Shown here one piece after another: positions 29,746 through 39,770 of a stretch of 64,000 nucleotides of DNA. Position 1 is the first letter of the stretch. Every line of letters begins with the position of its first letter. The notes beneath the pieces are model-generated. The model had not been told where the DNA came from, did no database searches, and worked only from the letters and a program-made list of their open reading frames with translations. Source of the DNA: Vicinamibacteria bacterium (lineage in GTDB: Bacteria; Acidobacteriota; Vicinamibacteria; Marinacidobacterales; Marinacidobacteraceae); NCBI GenBank assembly GCA_963668695.2, contig CAXXLQ010000004.1, positions 2,368,001 to 2,432,000 of the forward strand. The letters are read 5' to 3'. The position numbers and the translations under genes are program-made.

Positions 29746-31534
29746 GATTCATCGGCTGCCGGTGGCGGTGGCCAACCAGATCGCTGCCGGGGAGGTGGTC
29801 GAGCGGCCGGCGGCGGTGGTCCGCGAGCTGGTCGAGAACTCGATCGATGCCGGGGCCTCCAACGTTGCGGTACGCGTCAAGGGCGCGGGGAAGACCGAGA
29901 TCCGGGTGAGCGACGACGGCGTCGGGATGAGCCCCGAAGACGCGCGGCTCGCCCTCGAACGTCACGCCACCAGCAAGATCGAATCGATGGATGACCTGAC
30001 CGCCATCGGCTCGCTCGGGTTCCGGGGCGAAGCGTTGCCCTCGATCGCCTCGGTATCCCGGTTCCGGCTGCGCACCCGGGATAAGGAGGCCGACTCCGGG
30101 TGGGAAATCGAGGTTGAGGGTGGAACCGTGGTGTCCGACCGGCCGGCCGGGATGCCGGTCGGGACGGTGGTGGAAGTGCGGAACCTCTTCTTCAACACCC
30201 CCGCGCGACGAAAATTCCTGCGCGGGCAAAAGACCGAAACCTCGCGTTTGGTCCAAGCGGTCCAGAATCTCGCCCTCGCGTGGCCGCAGGTGCGGTTCGA
30301 CTTGGAGAGCGACGACCGGCAGGTGCTCGCGCTCGAACCGAGCGAAGACACCGCCGGACGTCTCGAGCAACTCGAGCCCCGCTGGGCCCGGGACGCCATT
30401 CCGATCGAATCACACGCCGGGGACCTCGCGATCCGTGCGTTCCTCTCGCCGCCCATGGCGCCGCGCGGCGCTTCCTCGCGCCTCCTGCTCTTCGTGAACG
30501 GGCGGCCCATCAGGGATCGGAGGCTCTTCCACGCGGTCACCGAGGCCTACCGGCGGCTCTCGAGTCTCAGCGGCACGCCGAAGGCGTACGTGTTCCTGGA
30601 AGTGCCCCCGGAACTCGTGGACGTGAACGTGCATCCGGCGAAGGCGGAGGTGCGTTTTGCGGATCCCGACGAAGCCTGGCGCGCTGTATTCCGGAGCGTC
30701 CAAACCGCACTCGAGGGTTCGCCAAAGCGGGTGGACATCGGGCCGGCGGTCGCGGGACGCGCTGGCTCGCGCCCCCGCGGAACCACCCGCGAGGGTCTCG
30801 GCGACGCCCCGAGCGGGAGCCCGACCCGCGAAGCCGGCGGGACCTTCGAGCGGCGGCCCGGCTGGGGCGGGCCTGGCTGGGATGGGAAAGCCGTCGGGGA
30901 CCTGCTCTACGCGGCCGACCGGGTGGAGGATGCCGGCCGCGCGGGATACCTGGACTTCGGGGCCGTTCCGCCCGCAGTCCGTGGGCAGTTCCACAAGACC
31001 TACATCCTCGCCGAGGAGCAACACGATCTGGTGCTGGTGGACCAGCACGCAGCCGAGGAGCGGGTGATCTTCAACCGGCTGATGGAAGCGTCCGAAAACC
31101 CCCGGACGTTGTCCCTGCTGCAGCCGGTTCCGCTCGAACTCTCGCCCGTGGAGCGGGCGGTGCTCGCCGACGAGCAGGAGCGGTTGGCTGCCGCCGGTTT
31201 CGACATCGAGCCGTTCGGCGGCGATTCCTGGATCCTTCGCGGGGTGCCGGAGGTGCTGGGGGTAGGCCGCGGGCTCGATGTCCTCATGCGCTCGCTGGCT
31301 TCCGAAGAGAGCGAATGCGCGGCGAGCGCCGCCCACGACGCCCGCGCCCGGATCATGGCGCGGGTAGCGTGTCATGCCGCGGTGACCGCCGGGGTCTCGC
31401 TCACGACGGAGAGGATGACCGAGGTGCTGCAGTCCCTCTGGGAGACCGCTAATCCTTCCACCTGTCCGCACGGACGTCCGACGGTGCTGCGGCTGGATCT
31501 GCCCTTCATCGAGCGGCGCTTCGGCCGGAGCTGA
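29720..31534 (+). CDS. mutL: DNA mismatch repair protein MutL
   Basis: IAAGEVVERP, HATSK, GFRGEAL, DQHAAEER, ACH, CPHGRP. Confidence 0.96.
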   Translation: MAPSKDRLTIHRLPVAVANQIAAGEVVERPAAVVRELVENSIDAGASNVAVRVKGAGKTEIRVSDDGVGMSPEDARLALERHATSKIESMDDLTAIGSLGFRGEALPSIASVSRFRLRTRDKEADSGWEIEVEGGTVVSDRPAGMPVGTVVEVRNLFFNTPARRKFLRGQKTETSRLVQAVQNLALAWPQVRFDLESDDRQVLALEPSEDTAGRLEQLEPRWARDAIPIESHAGDLAIRAFLSPPMAPRGASSRLLLFVNGRPIRDRRLFHAVTEAYRRLSSLSGTPKAYVFLEVPPELVDVNVHPAKAEVRFADPDEAWRAVFRSVQTALEGSPKRVDIGPAVAGRAGSRPRGTTREGLGDAPSGSPTREAGGTFERRPGWGGPGWDGKAVGDLLYAADRVEDAGRAGYLDFGAVPPAVRGQFHKTYILAEEQHDLVLVDQHAAEERVIFNRLMEASENPRTLSLLQPVPLELSPVERAVLADEQERLAAAGFDIEPFGGDSWILRGVPEVLGVGRGLDVLMRSLASEESECAASAAHDARARIMARVACHAAVTAGVSLTTERMTEVLQSLWETANPSTCPHGRPTVLRLDLPFIERRFGRS

Positions 31535-31539
31535 GAGCG

Positions 31540-31779
31540 ATGGCAAGGAACCGGAAGTCCCCCAAGGCGCCGTTGCCCACCGCGGTGACCCTGGCGTGGG
31601 TGCGCTATTTCGGCGGGCGGACGCTACAGATGGTGGGAATGCTGGTGGTGACCGCCGCGGCCGCACTCTTCTTCGGCGCTGACGCCGAGCGGCGCATGCT
31701 CCTGTTCACCGGCACGGGAGCCCTGTTTTTCGCGATCGGGTGGCTGCTGTCCAGGAAACGTCCCCCCGAGGTGGACTGA
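31540..31779 (+). CDS. Small 2-TM hypothetical protein
   Basis: Two hydrophobic helices; starts 5 bp after the mutL stop. Confidence 0.6.
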   Translation: MARNRKSPKAPLPTAVTLAWVRYFGGRTLQMVGMLVVTAAAALFFGADAERRMLLFTGTGALFFAIGWLLSRKRPPEVD

Positions 31780-31851
31780 TCCCCACCGGCGCTCCCATGC
31801 CGGATGGCGATCCGCCTGGAGGCCTGCGGCGAAGGGCCGCGGGTGGGAGGC

Positions 31852-31968
31852 TGCGGCGCGAAGCGCCGCAGGGGAGGGGTGTGGGGAGGGTTTCCCTCCC
31901 CACGAAAGAGGGTGGAGAGAATCGCGCAGCGATCCTCTCCACCGGCCCGCGGGGGAAGTGCCCCGCAT
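31852..31968 (+). repeat. Structured repeat family B, copy 3
   Basis: Same core and hairpin arrangement as copies 1 and 2. Confidence 0.75.
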
Positions 31969-32045
31969 CCGACCATCCCCCGGGGTCTCGTCTGCCTGAG
32001 GTCGTCGGGGCGATGCGGGGCGCTTCCCCCGCGGGCTGCTGTTAG

Positions 32046-32224
32046 CAGCCGGTGGACAAAGTCACGCGGCGTTCGAGCGGCGATCCATCCCGGCTGAAAC
32101 ACTCCGCTTCGCGTCGTTCATCGTTGCGCTTCGGTCGAAATACACCAGGTATTCCTCCCTCGCGCGCCTTGTCAGCCGGGCGCCTCGCCGCTCTCGGCGC
32201 TCACGCCACTTTATCCACAGGCTG
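32046..32224. mobile_element. MITE family A (GTGGACAAAGT subfamily), 179 bp, no 18-mer
   Basis: TIRs; TTAG/CTAG flanks; the right flank is the stop codon of the CBS gene. Confidence 0.85.
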
Positions 32225-32662
32225 CTAGCCGCCGATGCCGTCGGCGTTGAAGAAGCTCACCACCGATTCGAGTGCTTCCTTTTCCTCGTCGAGCTTGCAC
32301 TTGAGCACCTGGCGCACGGTCGCCATGCCGACCACCGCGTCGCCGTCCACCACCGGCAGATGCCGAAAGTGATGGGACACCATGACCTCAAGCGCCTGCT
32401 CGAGCGACGTGTCCGGGGTGATGGTGACCGGTTCGGTGGTCATCGCATCCCCGACGGCGGTGGTTTCCGGATCCCGGTGCTGGGCAACCACCCGGGTCAT
32501 GAGGTCGCGCTCGGTAAAGATCCCGGCAAGCGAGCCGTCGGGATTCATGACCGCCGCGGCGCCCACCCGAGCCTTGACCATCGCCTTTACGGTGGCGCAG
32601 ATGGTCTCGCTCGGCGGGACGCAGGTCGCGGGACGGTGGCTGATCTTGAGCAGCGGATCCAT
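32225..32662 (-). CDS. CBS-domain protein
   Basis: GIFTERDL, AMTTEP, FRHLPVV. Confidence 0.9.
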   Translation of the reverse strand: MDPLLKISHRPATCVPPSETICATVKAMVKARVGAAAVMNPDGSLAGIFTERDLMTRVVAQHRDPETTAVGDAMTTEPVTITPDTSLEQALEVMVSHHFRHLPVVDGDAVVGMATVRQVLKCKLDEEKEALESVVSFFNADGIGG

Positions 32663-32796
32663 GACTTAGTCCTTCGATAATTTTGGTTACGAACCTGGAA
32701 GTTTCGCAAAAGGCGGCCGCGATGGCAATCTCCGCTCCCGGCGATCGAAAAAGGGAACAGAATTCCCTTGGTGACCGTCGAACAGTCCACCGGATC

Positions 32797-33942
32797 ATGA
32801 GGCTCGCCATCGTCTGCTACCCCACCCACGGCGGGAGCGGTGCGGTCGCCTCCGACCTGGCGATCGGGATGGCGGACGCCGGGCACGATGTCCACGTGGT
32901 GAGTTACGCGGTGCCCTTCCGACTGCGCCGCTTCCACCCGGGAGTAAGGCTCCACGAGGTGGAGATCGCCTCCTATCCGCTCTTCCGCTACCCCCCATAC
33001 ACCCTTGGACTCGCGACGAAACTCGCCGAGGTAGCGAACGACGAGGGAGGTCTGGACGTCATCCACGCGCACTACGCGGTTCCGAACGCGGTCAGCGCTT
33101 TCCTCGCCCGCGAGATCATCGGAGACGGCCGCACCCGGGTGGTCACCACCCTCCACGGCACCGACATCACCCTCGTCGGTGCGGACAAGTCGTTCGACCG
33201 GGTCATCCGCTTTGCACTGGAGCGGTCGGACGCCGTGACCGCGGTTTCGAGCTATCTCGCCGACCGGACCCAGCGCGATTTCGCGCCGCACCTTCCCGTC
33301 GAGGTGATCCCGAACTTCGTGGATACTGCCCCGTGGGCGCCCGGACCGGAGCGCCTCGCCCGGGACGTCTGGGCCCCGGGCGGGGAACGGATCCTCATGC
33401 ACATTTCGAATTTCCGTCCGGTGAAGCGGATCAGCGATGTGGTGCGCGTCTTTGCCGAGGTGCGGCGCCAGCTTCCGGCGAAGCTGGTGCTGATCGGGGA
33501 GGGCCCGGAGCGGCTCTTCGCCCAGCAGCTCGTCCGCGAACTCGAACTCACCGCGGACGTGATCTTCCTCGGCCAGCAGGACGACATCCGGGGGCCGCTC
33601 GCCAGTGCCGATCTGCTGCTGCTTCCGAGCGAACAGGAAAGCTTCGGCTTGACCGCGCTCGAGGCGATGGTGAGCCGGGTGCCGGTGATCGCCACCTCGA
33701 TCGGTGGCCTCCCGGAGGTGGTTTCGGACGGGGAGAGCGGGCGGCTGTTTCCGGTGGGCGAGGTGCGGGGTATGGCGGCGGAGGCGGTTCGCCTGCTGAC
33801 CGACGAACCGGCCCGCCAAGCGATGGGCGAAGCGGGCCGGGCCCGCGCCATCACGCACTTCGCGCGGGAGGTCGTGTTGCCGCGCTACGAAGATCTCTAC
33901 CGCCGGGTGGTGGCCGGCGCCCCCTCAGGGGCGGTCGGCTGA
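32797..33942 (+). CDS. bshA: GT4 glycosyltransferase, BshA-like (GlcNAc-malate synthase)
   Basis: CYPTHGGSG, HAHYAVP, TTLHGTD, SNFRPVKR, ESFGL. Confidence 0.88.
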   Translation: MRLAIVCYPTHGGSGAVASDLAIGMADAGHDVHVVSYAVPFRLRRFHPGVRLHEVEIASYPLFRYPPYTLGLATKLAEVANDEGGLDVIHAHYAVPNAVSAFLAREIIGDGRTRVVTTLHGTDITLVGADKSFDRVIRFALERSDAVTAVSSYLADRTQRDFAPHLPVEVIPNFVDTAPWAPGPERLARDVWAPGGERILMHISNFRPVKRISDVVRVFAEVRRQLPAKLVLIGEGPERLFAQQLVRELELTADVIFLGQQDDIRGPLASADLLLLPSEQESFGLTALEAMVSRVPVIATSIGGLPEVVSDGESGRLFPVGEVRGMAAEAVRLLTDEPARQAMGEAGRARAITHFAREVVLPRYEDLYRRVVAGAPSGAVG

Positions 33943-33980
33943 ACCGCGCCCGGCCGGGGACATCGATCACTGGACATCGA

Positions 33981-34991
33981 TCACTCCGCTCCGTAGATCT
34001 GCTCCCGGTAGCCGAGGGCCTCCGGCCGCTCAACGAGATACGCCTGCTCCGCGAGGCTGTTCACTTCGACCTTCGCCGCCCAGCCGCCGAGGGACCGCAC
34101 CGGGATCGCGAGCGGAACCTCGAGAGCGAAGAAAGCGCCGATCTCGTCGGCGAGCCGGGCGCGGCCGGCCGGATCGAGCCACTTCTTGAGGTGGCCGGCC
34201 AGGTGCAGGAGGACGTTGTGATGCGTTCCCACGGACGCCGGCTCGGCGAGTCCGGCGAGGAAGTCCTGCCGGTACGCCGGAAATGCGGTCGCCGCGCCCC
34301 GCGTTCCAGCGAGTGTTCGACCCAGTCGGCGGGCGGTCCTTTCCGAGTGCGCCATCAGGACCATCTTCCAGCGGGCGTGGAAGTCGTAGAGCCCGGCAAC
34401 GTCCCGCGGGCCTCGAGCGAGTTCCTGAAGTTCCGCGACGGCGAAGACCCGGGTCAGCCAGTGGTCGCGGCGCGCGGGACTCTCGAGATGCACCTCGGAG
34501 ATGCGCGGAATGGCCGGGAGTGCCGCCGCCAGCCTGCCCGCGAAGATGCCGTCGCCGTCCTCGGAAAGCACGGCGCCGTTCTCGTAGAGCTTGACGTCCC
34601 CCATGCCGCAGCTCGGTGAACGGGACTTGAGCACGACGCCGGCGACTCCCACCTCCCGAAAGCGCTCCGCCGCCTTCCCGGCGTAGTCGTCCATGAGCTG
34701 AGTGAGGTCTTCGTCCCGGGACCCGAGCAGCCTGGTGACGGTCTCCATCCGTTCCAGCCGGATCTTCGGCCGCGGCACTCCGAGACCGATGCCGACCTCG
34801 GGGCACTCGGAAACCAATTCGAAAACACTGCCGAGACCGTCGTTGACATAGTCGCTCCGCCGGTGCCCGCCGTCGTAGCGCACCGCTTCGCCGAGCAGGC
34901 AGCCCGAAACAGCGATGCGGATCCGCGGTCTTGCGGTGTGCCGCTCCACGGCCTGCCGCGACGGGCGCTGTGTTCCTGCCGCCATGCTCAT
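33981..34991 (-). CDS. DUF523/DUF1722 (YbgA-like) protein
   Basis: SGCLLGEAVRYDGGH, CPEV, KSRSPSCG, NVLLHLAGHLK. Confidence 0.88.
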   Translation of the reverse strand: MSMAAGTQRPSRQAVERHTARPRIRIAVSGCLLGEAVRYDGGHRRSDYVNDGLGSVFELVSECPEVGIGLGVPRPKIRLERMETVTRLLGSRDEDLTQLMDDYAGKAAERFREVGVAGVVLKSRSPSCGMGDVKLYENGAVLSEDGDGIFAGRLAAALPAIPRISEVHLESPARRDHWLTRVFAVAELQELARGPRDVAGLYDFHARWKMVLMAHSERTARRLGRTLAGTRGAATAFPAYRQDFLAGLAEPASVGTHHNVLLHLAGHLKKWLDPAGRARLADEIGAFFALEVPLAIPVRSLGGWAAKVEVNSLAEQAYLVERPEALGYREQIYGAE

Positions 34992-35740
34992 TCGCTACAG
35001 AGCTGCCGCGCCGCGGCGAATACCTGGTGAAACATCGGCCGGGTAAGCCTGCCGGTGAAGGTGTTCTGCTGGCTCGGGTGGTAGCTCGCCAGCAGTTGGA
35101 CTTCGGGTGCGAGCCGGAACCGGGCGCCGTGGCCGAAGGCGGGCGCGGGAGTCGGCACTTCGCGGCCGATCGTCTTCCAGGTGCGGAGGAACGCGCGGAA
35201 GGCGATCGCGCCCAGGGCGACAACCACCCGCAGCTCTTTCGCTCCGCGGATCTCCTCCTCGAGAAAGGTCTGGCAGGAGGCAAGTTCGTCGGTGGTAGGG
35301 CGGTTCCCGGGAGGGGCGCAGTGAGCCGCGGCGGTGATCCTGGCCCCCAGCAGCCGAAGCCCGTCGTTCGGGTCGGGCGAGTGCGGCGCCGACGAGAAAC
35401 CGAACCGGTGGAGTGCCTCGTAAAGCCACTCACCCGACCGGTCCCCGGTGAACATCCGCCCCGTGCGGTTCGCGCCGTGGGCGGCGGGCGCGAGGCCCAC
35501 GATCAGCAGGCGGAAGCCGTCTTCGCCGAACGAGGGAACGGGCCGCGCCCAGTAGTCGAGCCCTCGATAGCGGCGCGGGGGCGCGAGAGCCACCGCCTCG
35601 CGATGGGCCACCAGGCGTGGACAGATCCGGCAGGCGGCGACGCGCGCGTGGAAGTCGGCCCGGTGGTTGGACAAGGGTCCCGCGATTGTCGCAGGAGCGG
35701 GTCGGCGAGCGATGAGGCATGGCGGGGATCTGGACGCCAT
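34988..35740 (-). CDS. Uracil-DNA glycosylase family 5 (UdgB-like); start uncertain
   Basis: CRICPRL, GLAPAAHGANRTGRMFTGDRSG, YHPSQQN. Confidence 0.9.
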   Translation of the reverse strand: MASRSPPCLIARRPAPATIAGPLSNHRADFHARVAACRICPRLVAHREAVALAPPRRYRGLDYWARPVPSFGEDGFRLLIVGLAPAAHGANRTGRMFTGDRSGEWLYEALHRFGFSSAPHSPDPNDGLRLLGARITAAAHCAPPGNRPTTDELASCQTFLEEEIRGAKELRVVVALGAIAFRAFLRTWKTIGREVPTPAPAFGHGARFRLAPEVQLLASYHPSQQNTFTGRLTRPMFHQVFAAARQLCSE

Positions 35741-35771
35741 CCGTCAGAATGTGCGGCAGGAACCCTGCCGA

Positions 35772-36566
35772 ATGAACGCGCTCCTTGCCGCCGGCTCCGG
35801 TCAGGAACGGTTTCTCGAACCGGACGATCCGGGTCGGGCGCGGCTCGCGCTGAGCTGGACGGCGGGAAGCGGCTCCGACGCTCCCGTCTGGATCTTTCTC
35901 CACGGCTTGGGCTCCGACCGGAAGGGGGACAAGGCGCGGAGGTTCCGCGACCACCTTGCCGGACGGGGGCCGGGCTTCCTCTCCCTCGACTTCACCGGAC
36001 ACGGCGAGAGTGGGGGCGACTGTCGCGACCTCTCGCTCACCCGCAATCTCGAGGACATCGGCCGGGCGGTTTCCTTCCTTCGGGAGGAGGCGCCCGACGC
36101 TCCCCTGTTTCTCGTTGGATCCTCGATGGGGGGAATCGCCGCGCTCTGGTACGCCGCGCTTCATCCCGCAGGGGTCAGCCAGGTGTTCGCCATCGCTCCC
36201 GCCTTCCTGATGGCGGCCCGCTTCGCCGCCAGCCTTTCCGCCGCCGCGCGCCGGGAGTGGGCCGATCGGGGATTCCTGCCGGTAGCTATCGGGGAGATCG
36301 TCCTCGAATTCGGATGGGGGGCCGTTGCGGATGAGGACCGCTACGACATGGACCGCCTGGCGGCGGACCTTCGAACCCCTTCGCTGCTGATCCACGGAGC
36401 GGAGGACGCCGTGGTGCCGCCGGAGCTCTCACGGGATTTCGCCCATTCCTGTCCCTTCGCCGAACTGGTCGAGATCGAAGGCGGTGACCACCGGCTGAGC
36501 GAACAAAAGGACCTCCTCTTCGAGATCATGTGGTCCGCCGCTTCCGGCGCGGTTCCGGTGACCTGA
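35772..36566 (+). CDS. Alpha/beta hydrolase
   Basis: HGLGSD, GSSMGG, HGAEDAVVP, GGDHRL. Confidence 0.88.
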   Translation: MNALLAAGSGQERFLEPDDPGRARLALSWTAGSGSDAPVWIFLHGLGSDRKGDKARRFRDHLAGRGPGFLSLDFTGHGESGGDCRDLSLTRNLEDIGRAVSFLREEAPDAPLFLVGSSMGGIAALWYAALHPAGVSQVFAIAPAFLMAARFAASLSAAARREWADRGFLPVAIGEIVLEFGWGAVADEDRYDMDRLAADLRTPSLLIHGAEDAVVPPELSRDFAHSCPFAELVEIEGGDHRLSEQKDLLFEIMWSAASGAVPVT

Positions 36567-37639
36567 TGTCCGCCCTGTTCCTCGCCCTGAGCGTCTACGC
36601 GGCGGTCCTGGTAGCGGCCTTCGGCTTTGGGCTCGTGCTCGAGCGGACCGCGCGCGCCTTCTTCCGCAAGAAAGCCGAGAAGACGCAAACCGACTGGGAC
36701 GACTGGCTCGCCACCGAAGGGTTCCACCTGGTGCCCTCGCTGCTGCTGGCGGTAGTCGCCACCCGGGTCCTGATGACGGTCCGGCCGCCGGCCGACACGG
36801 TGGAGCCGCTCGTGACCACCGGCCTGCAGGTTGTCCTGGTGCTGGCCGCGATCCGGGTCGGGGTGGATATCGGCCTCGCGAGCCTCCGCATCCGGCAGCA
36901 ACGGCTCGGACTCCAGGGCGTGTCCATCCTCCGCAACACCCTGGTCGGCGTGGCGCTGACCGTCGGGGTGATCGTCGTCCTGGACCAGCTTGGGATCTCG
37001 GTCGCGCCCCTGCTCGCGACCCTCGGCGTCGGGGCGCTCGCGCTCGCCCTCGCGCTCCAGCCGACGCTCGGAAACATCTTCGCCGGGATCCAGCTGGTAG
37101 TCGCCGCGGAGTTCAAGATCGATGACTTCATCCGGGTAAACGCAGCCGGGGTCGAGGGTTACGTCACCGACATCGGGTGGCGGACCACCACCCTCCGGAC
37201 CCTGCTCGACAACCACGTGATCATCCCGAATTCGCAGCTCGCCGATTCCGTGCTGACGAACCTGTACACCCCGGACCCGCGTGTCCGGCTAAGCATCGGC
37301 GTCGGGGTTCACTACGACACGGACCTCGACAAGGCCGAGCGCATCGCCCGCGAGGTGATCCGGGAGGTGCAGGACAAAACGGAGGCCGCGGTCTCCGGTT
37401 TCGAGGGCGACATCCGCTGGACGGCCTTCGGGGACTCGGCGATCACCTACGACGCGATCCTCCAGGCAAGGAAACCACTGGACCGCTTCGCGCTCGCCAG
37501 CGCCTTCATCAAGACGTTGCACCGCCGCTACGCCGAGGCGAACATCGAAATCCCGTATCCCATCCGGAATCTCTATCTCCGGACCGGACTCGAAGTGACC
37601 GGGCTCGGCAACAAGACGTCCGGCGCGGACCGGGATTGA
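36566..37639 (+). CDS. MscS-family mechanosensitive channel
   Basis: LGVGALALALALQPTLGN, GYVTDIGWRTT, IPNSQL, IEIPYP. Confidence 0.92.
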   Translation: MSALFLALSVYAAVLVAAFGFGLVLERTARAFFRKKAEKTQTDWDDWLATEGFHLVPSLLLAVVATRVLMTVRPPADTVEPLVTTGLQVVLVLAAIRVGVDIGLASLRIRQQRLGLQGVSILRNTLVGVALTVGVIVVLDQLGISVAPLLATLGVGALALALALQPTLGNIFAGIQLVVAAEFKIDDFIRVNAAGVEGYVTDIGWRTTTLRTLLDNHVIIPNSQLADSVLTNLYTPDPRVRLSIGVGVHYDTDLDKAERIAREVIREVQDKTEAAVSGFEGDIRWTAFGDSAITYDAILQARKPLDRFALASAFIKTLHRRYAEANIEIPYPIRNLYLRTGLEVTGLGNKTSGADRD

Positions 37640-37684
37640 CCGGAGGTCCGGCAAGTTATCTCCCAACCATTGGCCCTTGTCGAG

Positions 37685-37899
37685 CCACCTGTGAACAAAG
37701 TGACGCGGCGTTCGACCGCCGATGCATCCCGCCTGAACCGCGCCGCTCCGCGGCGCTCATCGTTGCGCTTCGGTCGAAATACGCGCGGTATTCCTCCCTC
37801 GCGCGCCTTGTCAGCCGGGCCCCCACCGGGAGAACTGGCCCCACCGGGAGAACTGGGCCTCGCCGGTCTCGGCGCTCACGCCACTTTGTCCACAGGCTG
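37685..37899. mobile_element. MITE family A with two tandem 18-mers
   Basis: Degenerate left TIR, intact right TIR; 18-mers at 37821-37856. Confidence 0.8.
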
Positions 37900-37914
37900 C
37901 TAAGGAGGTTCTTC

Positions 37915-39675
37915 ATGACAGAGGGCGATTCCACTCGTGCGCGAGCCGGGGGCGGCGCCCCCGACTCTTCGGTTCGCTACCAGCCGGACGAAAGGCCCCC
38001 GGAGGCGCTCGCCTTCGGTCTCGGCCTCCAGATGGCGATCCTGCAGATCGCGGGCATCGTCCTCACTCCCGCCATCGTGATCCGCGCCGCCGGGCTCGGC
38101 GAGCCGTACCTCTCCTGGGCCGTCTTCGCGGCGCTCGTGGTGTCCGGGCTCTCCACCATCCTGCAGGCGAACCCCGTCGGCCGCTTCGGGGCCGGGCACG
38201 TGCTGCTTATGGGAACTTCCGGCGCCTTCATTGCGATTTCGGTCGCCGCGCTCCGGGAGGGAGGGCCGGCGCTGCTCGCGGTCCTGGTCCTCGTTTCCTC
38301 CCTGTTCCAATTCGGGCTGGCCTTCCGCCTCACCTGGCTGCGCCGCGTGATTACCCCGACGGTCGCCGGGATCGTGATCATGTTGATCGCGGCCACGGTG
38401 ATGCCCATCCTGTTCCCGCTGTTGGGTGACGTTCCCGAGGACGCCCCCGCTTTCGCGGCCCCCCTCTGCGCCGGCGCGGCGCTGGCGGTCTTTGTCGGGC
38501 TCGCGCTGCGGGGAAGGGGAATCCTGCGGCTCTGGGCGCCGCTGATCGGCGTCGTCGTCGGCTCCACGGTGGGGGTCCTTACCGGAATCTTCGATTTCGA
38601 GCCGGTCAGGAACGCCGGCTGGATCGGCATCCCCGCCGGGCGGCCGGGGCTTGACCTATCGTTCGGGGCCTCCTTCTGGGCGCTCCTGCCGGCCTTCGTC
38701 TTTGTGACCCTGATCGGCGCGATCGAGACGATCGGGGACTCCATCGCCATCCAGCGGGTCTCCTGGCGGAAACCCCAGGCGCCCGATTACCGGGTGGTGG
38801 CGGGTGCGGTCGCCGCCGACGGCGTCGGCAACCTGCTTTCGGGTGTTCTCGGAACGGTCCCCAATACGACCTACTCGAACAGCATCTCGATGACCGAGCT
38901 GACCGGGGTGGCCTCGCGGCGGGTCGGGACGTGGATCGGCATCAGCTTCCTCGGTCTCGCCCTCTTCCCCAAGGTCGCCGCCCTGTTCCTGTCCATTCCG
39001 CCGCCGGTGGTGGGCGCCTTTGGCATCGCCCTGATCGGGATCCTGTTCTCTCTCGGCTTGCACATGGTCGTGAGGGACGGCATGAATCTTCAAAAGGCGG
39101 TCATCGTCGGCCTCTCCTTCTGGATCGGCACCGGCTTCCAGGCCCGGGCCATCTATCCCGAGCTGCTCGACGGTTCTTTGGGGGTGCTGCTCGACAACGG
39201 GATGACCGCCGGCGGCTTGATGGCCATTGTGTTGATGGTTTTCCTGAACCTCACCGGCGCCCGGCCGAAACGACTCGACACCAGCCTCGACATGTCGGCC
39301 GGAGCGAAGATCGAGGAGTTCCTGAGACGCCAGGCCGGACGTCGCGGCTGGGATGAGGCCTCGACGGGACGCCTCGTTTCGGCGGGGGAGGAGGCTCTGC
39401 TCACCCTGCTCCCGGATGGAGAATCAGACGAGGCGGGGGCGCGCCAACTCCGGCTCACCGCCCGTACCGGGCGGCGGTCCGCGGAACTCGAGTTCGTGGC
39501 GGCCGCGGGCGGCATGAACATCGAGGATCGGATGGCACTGCTCGGAGACCGTCCCGAGGTCCCCGACGAGAGCGAGATATCCCTGCGCCTGCTGCGGCAC
39601 TACGCGAGTTCGGTGCGCCACCAGAAGTACCCCGACGTGGACATCGTGACCGTGGAAGTGGCCGGCCGCGCCTGA
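37915..39675 (+). CDS. NCS2 (xanthine/uracil) permease with extra C-terminal ~130-aa domain
   Basis: ETIGD, ADGVGN, PNTTYS, TGVASRRVG, FPK; SD TAAGGAGG. Confidence 0.88.
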   Translation: MTEGDSTRARAGGGAPDSSVRYQPDERPPEALAFGLGLQMAILQIAGIVLTPAIVIRAAGLGEPYLSWAVFAALVVSGLSTILQANPVGRFGAGHVLLMGTSGAFIAISVAALREGGPALLAVLVLVSSLFQFGLAFRLTWLRRVITPTVAGIVIMLIAATVMPILFPLLGDVPEDAPAFAAPLCAGAALAVFVGLALRGRGILRLWAPLIGVVVGSTVGVLTGIFDFEPVRNAGWIGIPAGRPGLDLSFGASFWALLPAFVFVTLIGAIETIGDSIAIQRVSWRKPQAPDYRVVAGAVAADGVGNLLSGVLGTVPNTTYSNSISMTELTGVASRRVGTWIGISFLGLALFPKVAALFLSIPPPVVGAFGIALIGILFSLGLHMVVRDGMNLQKAVIVGLSFWIGTGFQARAIYPELLDGSLGVLLDNGMTAGGLMAIVLMVFLNLTGARPKRLDTSLDMSAGAKIEEFLRRQAGRRGWDEASTGRLVSAGEEALLTLLPDGESDEAGARQLRLTARTGRRSAELEFVAAAGGMNIEDRMALLGDRPEVPDESEISLRLLRHYASSVRHQKYPDVDIVTVEVAGRA

Positions 39676-39770
39676 TCACCCTCGATGCGGAGCACCGAAA
39701 TGAGATGCGGAGCGCCGAAATGACCCGCGGGGCCGACAACCGTGGGTGCGTGGCCGGCCGGCCCGGAACG

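Noticed and set aside
37177-37914. 832-aa permease with long N-terminus
   Set aside because: The extension overlaps mscS and a MITE; a strong SD supports ATG 37915
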